A stretch of DNA of 63,166 nt, counting the filler, from an uncultured Methanoregulaceae archaeon (GTDB lineage: Archaea > Halobacteriota > Methanomicrobia > Methanomicrobiales > Methanospirillaceae): the NCBI GenBank assembly GCA_964530035.1. It is 9 parts of 9 records of this genome, joined end to end, with 100 filler letters (N's around TTAATTAATTAA, not from the genome) between each part and the next. Parts side by side here need not be neighbours in the genome. Positions count along the whole stretch, not along the records: positions 1 to 7,232 come from CAZGXZ010000138.1; positions 7,333 to 14,542 come from CAZGXZ010000139.1; 7 more parts are not named here. The stretch is one strand, 5' to 3'. How positions within the stretch are numbered: position 1 is the first letter of the stretch; each line of letters begins with the position of its first letter. Below, one piece after another: positions 1 through 11,160 of the stretch. The notes beneath the pieces were generated by a model, which did not search any database, was not told the origin of the DNA, and saw nothing but the letters and a program-made list of their open reading frames with translations. The position numbers and the translations under genes were made by a program.

Positions 1-571
1 CCTCGTCGCGTGTTATACCCTTCCGGCAGCCGATTCCCACGAAGTATTCACCTGTTTTCACCAGAAACGCGACATCCCGACCGGCGATGACCATGGCCGG
101 GCCTTCGATAGAGAAGACGGGAACAGGCGCAGAGAGAATGGCTGTATTGACAGGCTTCGTCGATTCCCGGTTGACGATATCACACCCCAGACGTGTGCCA
201 ATGACCTCCACGGCCTCCTTTCCCGAACTCTCAGTCGCCGTAGTTATTATCGGAGTGATACCGAGCCCGTAAAGCTGCCATGCAAGATCATTTGCACCAT
301 GGTGTCCTCCAAGCAGAGGGACCGCGTAACGGAGGTCCTGGGTAATGACAATGACCGCCGGATCCGACCATTTCGATCCGAGGAGAGGGGAGATCTTCCT
401 GACGACGATGCCTGCTGCCATGACAGCGACGATAGCCCGGTACCGTGAAAACACCCGTTCAAACAGGTCCGGGTAATACGGGACGACCTCTGCCCCGAGG
501 AACGAGGCGACCTTCACGGCAGCATCCATCCCATGGGGGAGAGCGGTAACCAGGACATCCTTACCGCTCAT
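1..571 (-). CDS. cbiG: Cobalt-precorrin-5A hydrolase CbiG (3' truncated by window edge)
   Basis: Not in ORF track. Manual translation from ATG at 571 gives MSGKDVLVTALPHG...AIVAVMAAGIVVRKISPLLGSKWSDPAVIVI...PLLGGHHGANDLA, typical CbiG N-terminal motifs. ATGA overlap with cbiF stop. Confidence 0.88.
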   Translation of the reverse strand, partial: MSGKDVLVTALPHGMDAAVKVASFLGAEVVPYYPDLFERVFSRYRAIVAVMAAGIVVRKISPLLGSKWSDPAVIVITQDLRYAVPLLGGHHGANDLAWQLYGLGITPIITTATESSGKEAVEVIGTRLGCDIVNRESTKPVNTAILSAPVPVFSIEGPAMVIAGRDVAFLVKTGEYFVGIGCRKGITRDE

Positions 572-1284
572 TTGTATAGCACCGACCTCTTAAGACCGTG
601 CCTTCCCGGGTCAAAGACATCCCCGACCATGAGGAGCGCACTCTTTCGTATACCGGCCTCCTCGGCCTGCGTGGCAATGGTGGCTACGGTACCACGGAGC
701 ACGATCTCGTCAGGCCAGCTTGCATGGTATACGACCGCAGCCGGGGTTTCTGCCGGGAAGCGGGCCTTTTGAATGACCTCGCGGATTTTGTCAGCACCGA
801 GAAACACCACGAAGGTCGTTTTGAAGGTGGAGAGGTCAGGTATCTGGTCTTCCCCGAGTGTGGCCCCGGCCGGCCTGGTGATGATGAGCGTGTCTGAGAC
901 CCCGGTCTGGGTGAGCTGTGCCTTGAGGGCAGCGGCCGCCCCGAACAGGGAGGACACCCCCGGGATGACCGTGCAGGTCACCCCGGCCTTCTCGAGGAGG
1001 TCGATCTGCTCGATGATTGCCCCGTACAGTGAGGGGTCACCGGTATGAAGCCGGACGACAAGAGCACCCTCCCGTGCATGACGGGTCATCAGGGGAACGA
1101 TCTCCTCGAGGGTTTTCCCGTGGCTGTCCACTTTGACCGAAGCTTCCGAACGGTCTACCAGCTCCCGGTTGACCAGGGAGCCGGTATAGACCAGGACGTC
1201 AGCCCTCTTCACGAGGTCCATTCCCTTGACCGTGATGAGGTCAGGGTCCCCGGGGCCGGCACCGACAAAAAAAACCTCGGCCAT
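568..1284 (-). CDS. cbiF: Cobalt-precorrin-4 C11-methyltransferase
   Basis: MAEVFFVGAGPGDPDLITVKG, RLHTGDPSLYGAI, IPGVSS motifs. Start placed at ATG 1284 because the longer ORF overlaps cbiL. Confidence 0.92.
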   Translation of the reverse strand: MAEVFFVGAGPGDPDLITVKGMDLVKRADVLVYTGSLVNRELVDRSEASVKVDSHGKTLEEIVPLMTRHAREGALVVRLHTGDPSLYGAIIEQIDLLEKAGVTCTVIPGVSSLFGAAAALKAQLTQTGVSDTLIITRPAGATLGEDQIPDLSTFKTTFVVFLGADKIREVIQKARFPAETPAAVVYHASWPDEIVLRGTVATIATQAEEAGIRKSALLMVGDVFDPGRHGLKRSVLYK

Positions 1285-1285
1285 G

Positions 1286-1888
1286 TCACATCTCCGCATA
1301 GAGGATGCTGAAATAGTCACTTTCTTCAGGCAGGATCTCGGAATGCACCTTTTCACCTTCCATATACATACGTTCAACAAGGACGAACCGGGTGTAGCCC
1401 TCACGCCGGAGCGCGTCCGCCGCCTCCCTTGGCCTCCGTACCTTGAGCAGGATCCGTGCATGTTCACCTGTCCCGTCAGATACCGAAAACCCATTCTGGA
1501 CTGAAATATTTGCAATGGCGGCAAAGGCGGTAATAGCCGAGACCCCGGGCTCCGAGGTGCACACGATGCCGGGATGGCGTCTCTCCATGATCGCACAGAG
1601 TCTTGAATACGTGGAAAAAAAGTTCGGGTCTCCGATAAGGCCAAACACCACGAGGCCTTTTTTTGCAACAGCGGCTATCCGGTCTGCATGCACCTCGAGG
1701 CACCGCCTGATCTCATCCTCGTCGGGGCTCATCGGAAACTCGATCTCCACAGGTTCGCGGTACGGTCTGACCAGCTCGTACGCCCTTTTCCCAGGGACAT
1801 ACACCTCATCGGCATCCCTGATGAGGCGCACTGCCTTCAGGGTGAGAAGTTCCGGGTCCCCGGGGCCCAGGCCCACGCCGGTCAGCAC
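1286..1888 (-). CDS. cbiL: Cobalt-precorrin-2 C20-methyltransferase
   Basis: LTGVGLGPGDPELLTLKA, IGDPNFFSTY, EPGVSAI and C-terminal DYFSILY; operon context. Confidence 0.9.
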   Translation of the reverse strand: MLTGVGLGPGDPELLTLKAVRLIRDADEVYVPGKRAYELVRPYREPVEIEFPMSPDEDEIRRCLEVHADRIAAVAKKGLVVFGLIGDPNFFSTYSRLCAIMERRHPGIVCTSEPGVSAITAFAAIANISVQNGFSVSDGTGEHARILLKVRRPREAADALRREGYTRFVLVERMYMEGEKVHSEILPEESDYFSILYAEM

Positions 1889-2415
1889 TTCCGGGCACCC
1901 CCTGTGATAAGGTAGACCGGGTCAAGCGGCCTGAACATGATATCCCCGGCAAGGGGCTGAGAGCGTGACACCTGAACCAGGACTGCATCCTCGAATATGC
2001 CGGCATCCCTCATGGCACCCACCGCTTCGTGAACGGTCCTTAGCAGGACGGCTGACACCACCACTTTCCTGACGGCCAGACGGGCAAGTTCGTTAATAAC
2101 GGCCCGCAGTGACTTCGATCCCCCGACAAAGGCAACATCAAGCTCATTCAATCCTTGAAGAACTTGCGCTGCATCGGCAGTGTAAAAACGGATGTTCCGA
2201 CAGCCGCGCAACTCTGCCGCCTGAGTGGCAAAGGCAATGGTCCGGGGGCTGATGTCAACGGCATGGACTGTCTTCACCACCCGTGATGCTTCGATCGCTA
2301 CAGTACCTGCGCCGCACCCAAGGTCCGCGAATGTGTCGTTTCGGTCAAGGCCCAGTTTAAAAAGAGCTATTGCACGGATCTCATCCTTGGTCCGTCCGCC
2401 CGGGGGTTCCTCCAT
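1882..2415 (-). CDS. cbiT: Cobalt-precorrin-6B C15-methyltransferase (decarboxylating)
   Basis: TKDEIRAIALFKL, DLGCGAGTV, AFVGGS motifs. Start may be 2415 (ATG) or 2430 (GTG). Confidence 0.85.
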   Translation of the reverse strand: MEEPPGGRTKDEIRAIALFKLGLDRNDTFADLGCGAGTVAIEASRVVKTVHAVDISPRTIAFATQAAELRGCRNIRFYTADAAQVLQGLNELDVAFVGGSKSLRAVINELARLAVRKVVVSAVLLRTVHEAVGAMRDAGIFEDAVLVQVSRSQPLAGDIMFRPLDPVYLITGGARKC

Positions 2416-2463
2416 CCTAGTAAAGTACACTGGGGATAATTAAAAAAAGCTGGGATTTGGGGG

Positions 2464-3246
2464 TTAGCCCTGGCAACCGGGTGGCTCCTCATCATCAGGA
2501 GGGACCAGGACAGGACGTAAAGGGTCATACAAGCTCACAACTTCCCCTATCACGATGACTGCGGGGGGTTTGACCTTTTCCTGCCGGCATACCTCCGCGA
2601 TATCTGAAAGGGATCCCGTCACAACCCTCTGGTTTTCACGGAGCCCGTTTTCTATGACAGCGACCGGTGTTTTTTCTTCTTTTCCGTGTCTGATCAGGGT
2701 TTCAGCGATGACTGGGAGGTTTTTAACTCCCATAAGGACCACCAGCGTGCCACCTATCCTCGCCAGGCTTTGCCAGTCTATTGCTGAACCTTCCTTTCCC
2801 GGGTCCTCGTGCCCGGTGATGAATGTCACCGTCGAGGCATACTTCCTGTGAGTTACAGGTATACCAGCTGCCGCCGGCACGGCCACGGCACTGGTCACAC
2901 CCGGTACAACTTCCGCCTCGATACCGGCTGCACGCAGCGTGTCAAGCTCCTCGCCACCCCTCCCGAAAACAAAAGGGTCTCCACCCTTGAGACGTACAAC
3001 CGTTTTTCCGGCAAGTGCACGTGACACCATCATCTTCTCAATTTCATCCTGTTCAAGGGTGTGTCGTCCGCCAAACTTACCGCAGTCAATTCTCTCGGCC
3101 CGTTCCGGGAGCGAAGAAAGGATCTTTTCGCCCGGGAGCTGGTCATACAGGATGACATCAGCCCTCCTGATGATATCAGCTGCTCTCCTTGTGAGGAGTC
3201 CCTGCCCACCCGGACCTGATCCCACGAGATACACCTTACCCGCCAT
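2464..3246 (-). CDS. cobA: Uroporphyrinogen-III C-methyltransferase
   Basis: [41 protein letters not shown] motifs. Confidence 0.95.
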   Translation of the reverse strand: MAGKVYLVGSGPGGQGLLTRRAADIIRRADVILYDQLPGEKILSSLPERAERIDCGKFGGRHTLEQDEIEKMMVSRALAGKTVVRLKGGDPFVFGRGGEELDTLRAAGIEAEVVPGVTSAVAVPAAAGIPVTHRKYASTVTFITGHEDPGKEGSAIDWQSLARIGGTLVVLMGVKNLPVIAETLIRHGKEEKTPVAVIENGLRENQRVVTGSLSDIAEVCRQEKVKPPAVIVIGEVVSLYDPLRPVLVPPDDEEPPGCQG

Positions 3247-4126
3247 GACAGATCCCCAGTTTTTCGTATGCATCTGATATGAGTCCCCGGGACCTGCCGA
3301 GCAGTTCCCTTGCAAATTCCACCGTATCTTCGTGGCCCGTTACCAATCCCTCCGACCGCTCAGCCCTGGTCCCGTCGAGTGACAGGACCTCGGCAACCAC
3401 TCTCCCATCCCGGGAAAAGACGCCGAGAGGGGTGAAACAACCTCCCCCCAGCTCCTCCATCACGGTCCGTTCGACCATGATGTCCCGCCTGGTCTCCGGG
3501 TCGTCAAGGAGGGACAGTTTTGTAACAATACCTTCCTCATCGCGGGAAACAACCGCAATAGTACCCTGGTTAGGCGAAGGTACAAAGAGGTCCGTTGACA
3601 GGGGTTCCCCGGGAAGGCTGAGGCCGAGGCGGCATATCCCTGCATGTGCGAGGACAATCGCATCAAACTGGCCTTCACGAAGCCTGCGGAGACGGGTGTC
3701 CACATTGCCGCGGAGATGTCCGATACTTGCCCCTTTCCGGTACCTGAGCAGTTGTGCCTTCCTCCTCGTGCTGGAGGTCCCGATAACCCTAAGCTCGGCA
3801 TCCGGGAGGCTATGCACGAGAAAATCACCCGGAGGGTCGCGTTTCAGGATCGCAGACGTAACAAGGCCCCCAGGTCTCTTTGCCGGGATGTCCTTCATGC
3901 TATGGACCGCGCAGTCGATTCTTCCCTCCAGGAGGGCTTCGTCGAGGGCCCGGACAAAGACCCCCTGCCCACCTATCTCGTGCAGGGGCACACCACGTAC
4001 CAGGTCTCCCTGGGTTGCCATCGGCACGACCTCGCATTCGATACCGTTCCTTTCGAGGGCTGTTGCAACCATTTTTGCCTGAACAAGCGCAAGGCTGCTG
4101 CCCCGGGTCCCTATCCTGACAGGCAT
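3236..4126 (-). CDS. hemC: Hydroxymethylbilane synthase (porphobilinogen deaminase)
   Basis: [49 protein letters not shown] (cofactor Cys). Confidence 0.96.
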   Translation of the reverse strand: MPVRIGTRGSSLALVQAKMVATALERNGIECEVVPMATQGDLVRGVPLHEIGGQGVFVRALDEALLEGRIDCAVHSMKDIPAKRPGGLVTSAILKRDPPGDFLVHSLPDAELRVIGTSSTRRKAQLLRYRKGASIGHLRGNVDTRLRRLREGQFDAIVLAHAGICRLGLSLPGEPLSTDLFVPSPNQGTIAVVSRDEEGIVTKLSLLDDPETRRDIMVERTVMEELGGGCFTPLGVFSRDGRVVAEVLSLDGTRAERSEGLVTGHEDTVEFARELLGRSRGLISDAYEKLGICHGG

Positions 4127-5358
4127 GCCGCATACCCTGCTGCGATGGCATCGATTTCAGCCCTTCCATGTGCGACTGACAGGAAATTCGTCTCGAACTG
4201 TGAAGGTGGCAGGAATATCCCGAGGCGGAGCATTTTCTGCCAGAACCGGTTGAACCGGGAAGTATCACATTCCTTCACCGTGGTATAGTCCCTCGGAGGC
4301 TCATTCCTGAAGAAGTATTTGAACATAGACCCGGTGCTGACAAACGATCCGCCTGCGTCCGGCGGTATGGACTCCCGGATCACCCTCACCTGTTCATCGA
4401 GGTGCCGGTAGACCCCTTCGTTCTGGTGAAGCCATCCAATCGTCGCGATTCCGGCAGCAAGGCTCAAGGGGTTGCCGTTGAACGTGCCTGCCTGGTAAAC
4501 GGGTCCGGCCGGGGCGATCAATTCCATGATCTCCCGCCTGCCGCAGAACGCACCAATTGGAAGACCTCCCCCAAGTATTTTTCCCAGAGTTGTGATATCA
4601 GGCCGTACCCGGTATTTTACCTGGGCCCCGCCAATCCCAATGCGGTACCCGGTGATGACCTCGTCCAGGATCAGGAGAACCCCGTGGTCTTTTGTAATCT
4701 TCCTGACTTCCTCGAGGTAACCTGGTTCTGGGAGGACAGGTCCGATGTTGCCGAGGACCGGTTCCATGATCAGGGCTGCAACCGAATCGTCGCGTGAAAG
4801 GACCTCCTCGATCGCTTCAGGGTCATTGTAGGGGACCTGACGGGTATGGGAGGTGAGGTCTCCCAGCACCCCTGCCGAATCAGGTATTCCAAGGGTTGTC
4901 GCCCCTGAGCCTGCCTTAACAAGCACGGCATCGTGGGCACCATGGAACCCTCCCTCAACCTTGACGATGTCCGGCTTTCCGGTATAGCCCCGGGCAAGCC
5001 TGATCGCCGCCATTGTTGCCTCCGAGCCCGTGGAAACGAACCGTACCATGTCCACCCCCGGATGGTCGCCGGTGATCATACCGGCAAGCCTGACCTCTGC
5101 CGGTGTAGGCGTGCCATAAAGCCAGCCATTCGAGACCTGTTCCTCGATTGCCTGCATGACAAACGGATGGCAGTGCCCCAGCATGAGTGGCCCGTATCCC
5201 AGGCAGCAGTCGATGAGTTCCTGGCCGTCGGCAGTATGGAGCTTTGCACCCGATGCAGCCGCAGTATAGAAGGGATAAGGCTTGATTGCACGTACAGGAC
5301 TGCTTACTCCCCCGGGCATCAGCCGTGTCGCCTGCCTGTAAAGGTCTTCACTGCTCAC
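4111..5358 (-). CDS. hemL: Glutamate-1-semialdehyde 2,1-aminomutase
   Basis: [53 protein letters not shown]. Start placed at GTG 5358. Confidence 0.96.
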   Translation of the reverse strand: MSSEDLYRQATRLMPGGVSSPVRAIKPYPFYTAAASGAKLHTADGQELIDCCLGYGPLMLGHCHPFVMQAIEEQVSNGWLYGTPTPAEVRLAGMITGDHPGVDMVRFVSTGSEATMAAIRLARGYTGKPDIVKVEGGFHGAHDAVLVKAGSGATTLGIPDSAGVLGDLTSHTRQVPYNDPEAIEEVLSRDDSVAALIMEPVLGNIGPVLPEPGYLEEVRKITKDHGVLLILDEVITGYRIGIGGAQVKYRVRPDITTLGKILGGGLPIGAFCGRREIMELIAPAGPVYQAGTFNGNPLSLAAGIATIGWLHQNEGVYRHLDEQVRVIRESIPPDAGGSFVSTGSMFKYFFRNEPPRDYTTVKECDTSRFNRFWQKMLRLGIFLPPSQFETNFLSVAHGRAEIDAIAAGYAACLSG

Positions 5359-6328
5359 ACAGCCACCCCGCGACATCCGGTGCAAAATACGTGATGATGA
5401 GGGATGCACCTGCCCTCTTCAATGAAATAAGGCTTTCCATTACCGCTTTCCTCTCGTCAATCCATCCGTTCAGAGCTGCCGCCCGGATCATGGCGTACTC
5501 GCCGCTCACCTGGTAGGCGGCAACCGGGAGGTCATTGCGGGAGGCCTCCGCGATTATATCTGCATACCACCCTGCAGGCTTCACCATGAGGATATCTGCG
5601 CCCTCGTCCCGGTCCAGGATAATCTCCATCCGGGCTTCGCGGCCGTTGGCCGGGTTCATCTGGTAGGTTGTCCTGTCGCCGTGCAGGTACCCCGACTCGG
5701 CAGCCTCGCGGAAAGGCCCGTAGAGACTGCTCGCAAACTTGGCTGAATATGCCATTATCAGGGTTTCTTCATGACCGGACGTATCAAGCGCCTTCCTGAT
5801 CGAGGTCACCATCCCGTCCAGCATGCAGGACGGCGCCACGATGTCAGCACCGGCTTCTGCATGGCTCACCGCGATCTTTTCCATGAGCCTGAGTGACGCG
5901 TCGTTGTCGAGGTCGATCCCGGCCCTGCATTCATGAAGAATGCCACAGTGACCGTGGTCGGTGTACTCACAGGCACAAACGTCCGTTATTACGACCATTC
6001 CGGGACACAAGGCCTTGACCGATCTTACGGCTTCCTGGATAACCCCGTCTCTGGAAAAAGCCCCGGTCGCAACGCTGTCCTTTTCTGCCGGCACTCCGAA
6101 AAGGAGGACCGCTTTTATTCCCCGGGCTGCCAGTCTGTCAACAACCTTCGCAATGTCCTTGAACGGATACCTGTACTGGCCCGGCATTGATCCTATTTCA
6201 ACCGGTTTTTCTGCGGTTTCATCGATGAACAGCGGGGCAACAAGGTCATTGACAGCCAGGGTATGTTCGACGAACATGGGCTGAACGAGCCGCTGCCGGA
6301 GCCTTCTCATCCTTCTTTGCGGAAACAT
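5348..6328 (-). CDS. hemB: Porphobilinogen synthase (ALA dehydratase, Zn-type)
   Basis: [43 protein letters not shown]. Start at ATG 6328. Confidence 0.97.
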   Translation of the reverse strand: MFPQRRMRRLRQRLVQPMFVEHTLAVNDLVAPLFIDETAEKPVEIGSMPGQYRYPFKDIAKVVDRLAARGIKAVLLFGVPAEKDSVATGAFSRDGVIQEAVRSVKALCPGMVVITDVCACEYTDHGHCGILHECRAGIDLDNDASLRLMEKIAVSHAEAGADIVAPSCMLDGMVTSIRKALDTSGHEETLIMAYSAKFASSLYGPFREAAESGYLHGDRTTYQMNPANGREARMEIILDRDEGADILMVKPAGWYADIIAEASRNDLPVAAYQVSGEYAMIRAAALNGWIDERKAVMESLISLKRAGASLIITYFAPDVAGWLCEQ

Positions 6329-7232
6329 GAATGTTCTCCTCTGGTTATCGCCTGCACAAGCGATTCTGCTGCGGCAAGGTTGCCCGCCTCGGCACACTGC
6401 CGGATAGACATCGTTGCATCGGCCAGAAGTTTATTGACCAGCACACGGGAGAGGTCCTCGATGATCTCAGGCGTTTTTTCCTCACCGGCTGGGAGCCTGG
6501 CGATCGCCTTGTCGCGTTCACGCAGCCTGACGGCCTCGGCCCAGGTATAAAGCTGGGCGAGGGTGTCATCGGCGGCAGTCCGGTTGAGAAGTCGAACGGA
6601 ACGGTTCATTTCTTCCTCAATATGGACATTTGCCGTTTCAGCCGCCGCTTTTCGGGAACTCAGGGTTGCTTCGCTGATGTCCCGCAGGTTGTCGATGGTG
6701 AACAGCTTCACGCCGTCGACGCCACCAGCTTCCTCCTCGACGTCCCGCGGCTGTGCTATGTCGATTACCATGAGGGGCCGGGGATGGCCGTCAAGCGGCC
6801 AGCACCTTCCTTTCATAACCTTTCGCAGGTCTGACGCACGAATCACCGGGTGGGGTGCCGAAGTACAGGTAATGACGACATCGGAAAGGGTAAGGTACCT
6901 CCCCAGCTCCTGTAAACGGACTGCCTTCCCCCCGATTTTTCCTGCGAGGGTCACCGCACGCGCATATGTCCTGTTGGCGACATATATGGCGGTGAGCCTT
7001 TTTTCTGCAAGGGCCTGGGCGACAAGCATGCCCATCTCGCCGCTTCCTATAACAAGGATATGCCGGTTTTCAAGGCTGCCGAGTTCTTTTTCAGCCAGAA
7101 GTACCGCGGCCGACCCAACGGACAGGGCTCCGCGGTTTATCTGCGTCCTCTGCCTGATATCAGCCCCTGTATGGACCGCCTTGGTCAGGCAGACCTCGAG
7201 GAAGTTGTCGCAGCTGCCTGCTTGCAGTGAGG
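6307..7232 (-). CDS. hemA: Glutamyl-tRNA reductase (5' truncated by contig end)
   Basis: GEMGMLVA, VANRT, TSAPH, IDIAQPRDVE motifs; the frame continues upstream toward the gap. Confidence 0.95.
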
Positions 7233-7332
7233 NNNNNNNNNNNNNNNNNNNNNNNNNNNNNNNNNNNNNNNNNNNNTTAATTAATTAANNNNNNNNNNNN
7301 NNNNNNNNNNNNNNNNNNNNNNNNNNNNNNNN
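7233..7332. other. Artificial contig spacer (N-TTAATTAATTAA-N). Same spacers at 14543-14642, 21760-21859, 28955-29054, 35935-36034, 42876-42975, 49662-49761 and 56435-56534
   Basis: Six-frame stop linker in N runs, each 100 nt. Contig lengths decrease monotonically: 7210, 7117, 7095, 6880, 6841, 6686, 6673. Confidence 0.99.
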
Positions 7333-7615
7333 CCTCTCATCCTCTGCCTGTTCAAGGTGAAAACCAAAATAGGCTCTTTTGAACTCCAAAGATTGGGATT
7401 GCAGCTAATGGAGAACGTTGATCATAGGGGTAATAAAATTAAAAATATGGAATATTTCCTATCGAAATGCTAATATAGCCTCCTAATAAGGAGATTTAGG
7501 ATGAGATTTTTCATGGTTCGGGTGTGAAATCCTGTTTATCTGCGTTTCAAGAGATGCGTTTCAAGATAGCAGCCAAAACGAAAAAGACCGTCTCTTCAGG
7601 TGAACTCAACAGTTG
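7333..7615 (+). mobile_element. Possible right end of an insertion sequence (transposase C-terminus 7333-7473 plus terminal sequence)
   Basis: AT-rich contig end with an ORF tail PLILCLFKVK...MENVDHRGNKIKNMEYFLSKC* and a boundary at ...GAACTCAACAGTTG where composition returns to host GC. Resemblance to methanogen IS ends is from memory only. Confidence 0.3.
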
Positions 7616-7646
7616 TCCCCGGTGGCAGGATTACAGGCCGCAGGTC

Positions 7647-8372
7647 TTATGAGGTCTTCAGATGGGAAGCCTGTTTTCGTCCATGTGGGCAGATATAGAG
7701 GCATTGGCCGCATACCGCGGTCCCGGTCTGGCGTTCCATATCCCTGAAGTACCGGTCGCAGGCCGCGGCGTCATACCGTGCCTCGCGGGGCTCGGCAGGA
7801 TCAAAATTCCTCCCGGTAAACGCCTTCACAGGACAAATGTCCACGCACTCATGGCAATCACCACACCGTGATGCCATCGGCCTCCCTGCAGGCAGGGGGG
7901 CATTGGTAAGCACCGTTACCCACCTGGCCCTCGGGCCGTGGTCCGGTGTAACGAGCAGGCAGTTTTTACCTATCCAGCCCAGGCCGGCAAGGTGTGCCGC
8001 GCACTTGTGGGAAAAGGGACCACAGATCCGTTCGTTGTCGGTCCTCTTCGAAGCCGGGATAGGTAGGGCGCTGTAGCCGGAATGCTGGAGCGTGTTGGCA
8101 AGCCTGAGAGCAGCCTGGTCGAGAACGGCGTTGGCGACCTCGTATGCATGGTGCTTGTAGAGGATGGCTGAAGCAGGCTTCTCCCGTTCAGCGAGCAGGT
8201 CTGCAAGGGTATCGGGGATAGTGATCCCCATCACGATACCGAACGGGAACCGGGCGATACCCGGGCCGCCCTGCCAGAGGATCTGATCACGGGCTTCTGC
8301 CAGGTCGGCTATCCCGAAATAATCGGCCCCGAGGGACTCTGCCTGGAGGCGGAGGGTCTCTTCAAGGGTCAT
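7647..8372 (-). CDS. Epoxyqueuosine reductase (QueG)/reductive dehalogenase-like 2x[4Fe-4S] protein
   Basis: SHKCAAHLAGLGWIGKNCLLVTPDHGPR, CGDCHECVDICP, CGQCLYICP. Start placed at ATG 8372. Confidence 0.85.
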   Translation of the reverse strand: MTLEETLRLQAESLGADYFGIADLAEARDQILWQGGPGIARFPFGIVMGITIPDTLADLLAEREKPASAILYKHHAYEVANAVLDQAALRLANTLQHSGYSALPIPASKRTDNERICGPFSHKCAAHLAGLGWIGKNCLLVTPDHGPRARWVTVLTNAPLPAGRPMASRCGDCHECVDICPVKAFTGRNFDPAEPREARYDAAACDRYFRDMERQTGTAVCGQCLYICPHGRKQASHLKTS

Positions 8373-8373
8373 T

Positions 8374-9189
8374 TCAGAGGCCCTCCGAGACCCCGACCCC
8401 CTTGAAGAAGGTGTAGCAGAACACGCCGTCCGGGGAGCAGGTCCTCCGGAGGTCGGAGATCCCCCTGTCCCATTCCTCTCCGGACATGAGGCCCTTTCCG
8501 ACCGCCTCCTCCCTGACTCCGTCGACCATGGCCGTGAAGGTCTGCCTGGTGAAGCCCTCCTCGAGGTCGGGCCGGGAATGGTCGACATAGACCATCCGGG
8601 GTGTGACCTTGACCCCGGTGAAACCCGCACCGGTAAGGAGCGGGTACAGCTCCCGTCCCACAAGGGCATTTCCTCCCTTCTCCTCCTGGAGGCTGACGAG
8701 GCACCCGATGGCCCTGTCGGCAAAGAGGCTCCTCGGGTAAAAGTACGTCGACCCGTGGTCCCCCTCGATCACCGTGATCGATCCACCCGGCCTGATCAGC
8801 GCCTTGAGTGTATCAAGGGCACGCCGGGGGTCAGGGAGGTGCTCGAGGACGAAACAGACAAAGACGTGGTCGAAGCTTCCAGGTCCGAACGGCGGGTCAA
8901 GGAGGTCTGCCTTCTGAAACCTCACGTTCCGGAGTCCCGCCTCTTCACACCTCGCCCGTGCCTTGTCAAGAGACGGTCCCGAGCAGTCGATACAGGTGAA
9001 GAACGCCCCCGGGCTCTGCGAGGCAAGCGTGATGGTCTGGCAGCCGGTCCCACAGCCGGCCTCGAGGACACGACTGCCGTCCGGATATCGCGTGTCATGG
9101 TGCAGCAGGTCTGCGAGGGTCCGTGCCTGGTCGGACAGGCGGCGTGCCTCGGTTTCGGAGTATCCGTGGACATACTCGTTGGCATCCAT
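8374..9189 (-). CDS. Class I SAM-dependent methyltransferase
   Basis: VLEAGCGTG, FDHVFVCFVLEHL, LIRPGG. Confidence 0.92.
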   Translation of the reverse strand: MDANEYVHGYSETEARRLSDQARTLADLLHHDTRYPDGSRVLEAGCGTGCQTITLASQSPGAFFTCIDCSGPSLDKARARCEEAGLRNVRFQKADLLDPPFGPGSFDHVFVCFVLEHLPDPRRALDTLKALIRPGGSITVIEGDHGSTYFYPRSLFADRAIGCLVSLQEEKGGNALVGRELYPLLTGAGFTGVKVTPRMVYVDHSRPDLEEGFTRQTFTAMVDGVREEAVGKGLMSGEEWDRGISDLRRTCSPDGVFCYTFFKGVGVSEGL

Positions 9190-10356
9190 GGTGGGTCTCG
9201 TCCTACAGTCCCCCGGGGTTCCAGGGAACCTGATAGGTATGGGTCCCCGGCTGCCTTATCTCTTTCATTTTCCGGCCGCCCTGTCTGCATCCCGGGATGC
9301 GCCATTGTTCCCATGAACTACATCGCCAGGAGGGTACTCACATAACCCATGGTACACAGGGAGTGAAACGTATCGGGGTCTTCCTGTGAAAATGCTGACA
9401 GGGAATTATCCTGGGATTAACCCTGTATGAGGTTTAAATAGCAGAAAAGGCCGTTGCAAGCGGGAGGGGGTCGTGGTCGGCCTCCTCTGGGGTGTAGGAA
9501 ATGATCTTACCACCGGGGATCCTGGTCACTGCAAGGTTTGCCATGGCCGGGGCGATAAAAGGTGAAAATCCCGGCTCCTTCATCGCACACTCCCGTGACG
9601 CAACCCTGTTGAGCAGGCTCCCGATATTTGGGTCGTCGCAGACCCACCGCACCCCGTTCGTTGCCGCCCTGACGCCATAAACGACGATTTGAACGATCAT
9701 GCAGTGATGCTCCCCGAAACAGGGGGTCAGGGCAGATGCATGTGCCCCGGCCCACTGATGAGCTCTCCACAGAATGACGATATAAGGTTTTCACTCTGCA
9801 TCCGCACTCCTTTTTAAGGAGACCTGGACCGTTTCCCTGGCATCCCTGAGCCCTGGGAAACTGGTTTATAACGGTCCTATCCAAGCCCTGTGGTGCGTTT
9901 TTTTTGTACTTCGGAGAAAAAAGCAAATAAAAAGAGATATGTCGCAAAAAACGCTATTTCAAAGGTTTTTTCCTGGGTCAGTTCCTTTCATGGATCCCGG
10001 TTGGTGCTGTGCTGTCCCGATTTCCCTGTATCCGGGTTCTTTGGTCCCTGCGCGACCACAAAGGTGAATATGGGGTATCACGGCGAAAAACGGGTGTATC
10101 GTGGAGATTTGATCCAGCCTGGTGGTTCCCCTCACCTGGGATGGTGTGGCGGCACGGTATCCCCGCAGCCGTCCACCATGGGTACCTCCGGGCAGGTCAC
10201 TGCCGCTTTCGACAGGGACATGGGTGCCAGGAGAGAGTGCGGGACCCGAACCGTCCCCTGACTGTCAGCTCCGTATGCTCCTGAAACAAACCAATCCCTG
10301 GTGTTGTACCCATGAGACCGCAAGCCTGTTTTTTCCTGGACATGAAACTGTAAAGC

Positions 10357-11112
10357 ATGGAAGAACTTGCCATTCCAGAAATGCTCTTTGATTTTTACGA
10401 GGATCTCCCGATGAAAGCCCCTGCCGATGAACGGATCACCCGCGGCATCTTCTCCCTCCTCACCGGTCTTCCGGCAGAACCGCGGGTACTCGACATGGGG
10501 TGCGGGTCAGGCGCCTCATCCCTCGTCCTTGCCAGGGCCGGGTGCCATGTCACCGGGGTGGACATCAGGCAGTCCTACCTCGACATAATGATGAGGCGGG
10601 CGGCGGACGAAGGCCTCACGGAGCGGGTCGGTGCCTGGTGCGGGTCCATGGACGCCGTCCCGGAATCCCTCGCCCCGGTTGATCTCGTCTGGGCCGAAGG
10701 GTCGGTCTTCTGCATCGGCTTTGAGGAAGGCCTCACCGCCTGGCGCACGCTCCTCGGCAGGGGTGGCTATGTCGTCCTCTCGGAGTCGTCCTGGTTCGTG
10801 GACGACCCGCCGGCGGGGGCGGTCTCGTTCTGGAAGGCCGCATACCCGGGGATACGGACCGTGCACGAGTTCTGGAAGACCGCCCGGTCATGCGGGTACC
10901 TGGTAATGGGTGTGGTCATCCTCCCCGATGCCGCCTGGGACGAGTACTACGCCCCCCAGAGGGACAGGATCGCGCTGTTCAGGAAGAAGGCGAAGACCCC
11001 TGAGGACCATGCCGTATTGGACCAGATCGCAGAGGAGATCCGGGTGTGGGACGCGTACCGTGGGACCTATGGGTATGCGTTCTACATCCTCAGGAAAAAT
11101 GAGGAGGGATGA
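10357..11112 (+). CDS. Class I SAM-dependent methyltransferase
   Basis: VLDMGCGSG, VDLVWAEG, C-terminal YGYAFYILRK. Confidence 0.9.
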   Translation: MEELAIPEMLFDFYEDLPMKAPADERITRGIFSLLTGLPAEPRVLDMGCGSGASSLVLARAGCHVTGVDIRQSYLDIMMRRAADEGLTERVGAWCGSMDAVPESLAPVDLVWAEGSVFCIGFEEGLTAWRTLLGRGGYVVLSESSWFVDDPPAGAVSFWKAAYPGIRTVHEFWKTARSCGYLVMGVVILPDAAWDEYYAPQRDRIALFRKKAKTPEDHAVLDQIAEEIRVWDAYRGTYGYAFYILRKNEEG

Positions 11113-11160
11113 TCTCAGGGACGGACAGCTCCCTCCGGCCCTGTCCGACAGGACCTCTTT

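Noticed and set aside
568..1668. Long N-terminal extensions in the ORF track (cbiF, also the QueG-like gene, dapB and the ABC ATPase at 59828)
   Set aside because: Extensions overlap upstream genes; family motifs begin at the downstream starts used here.
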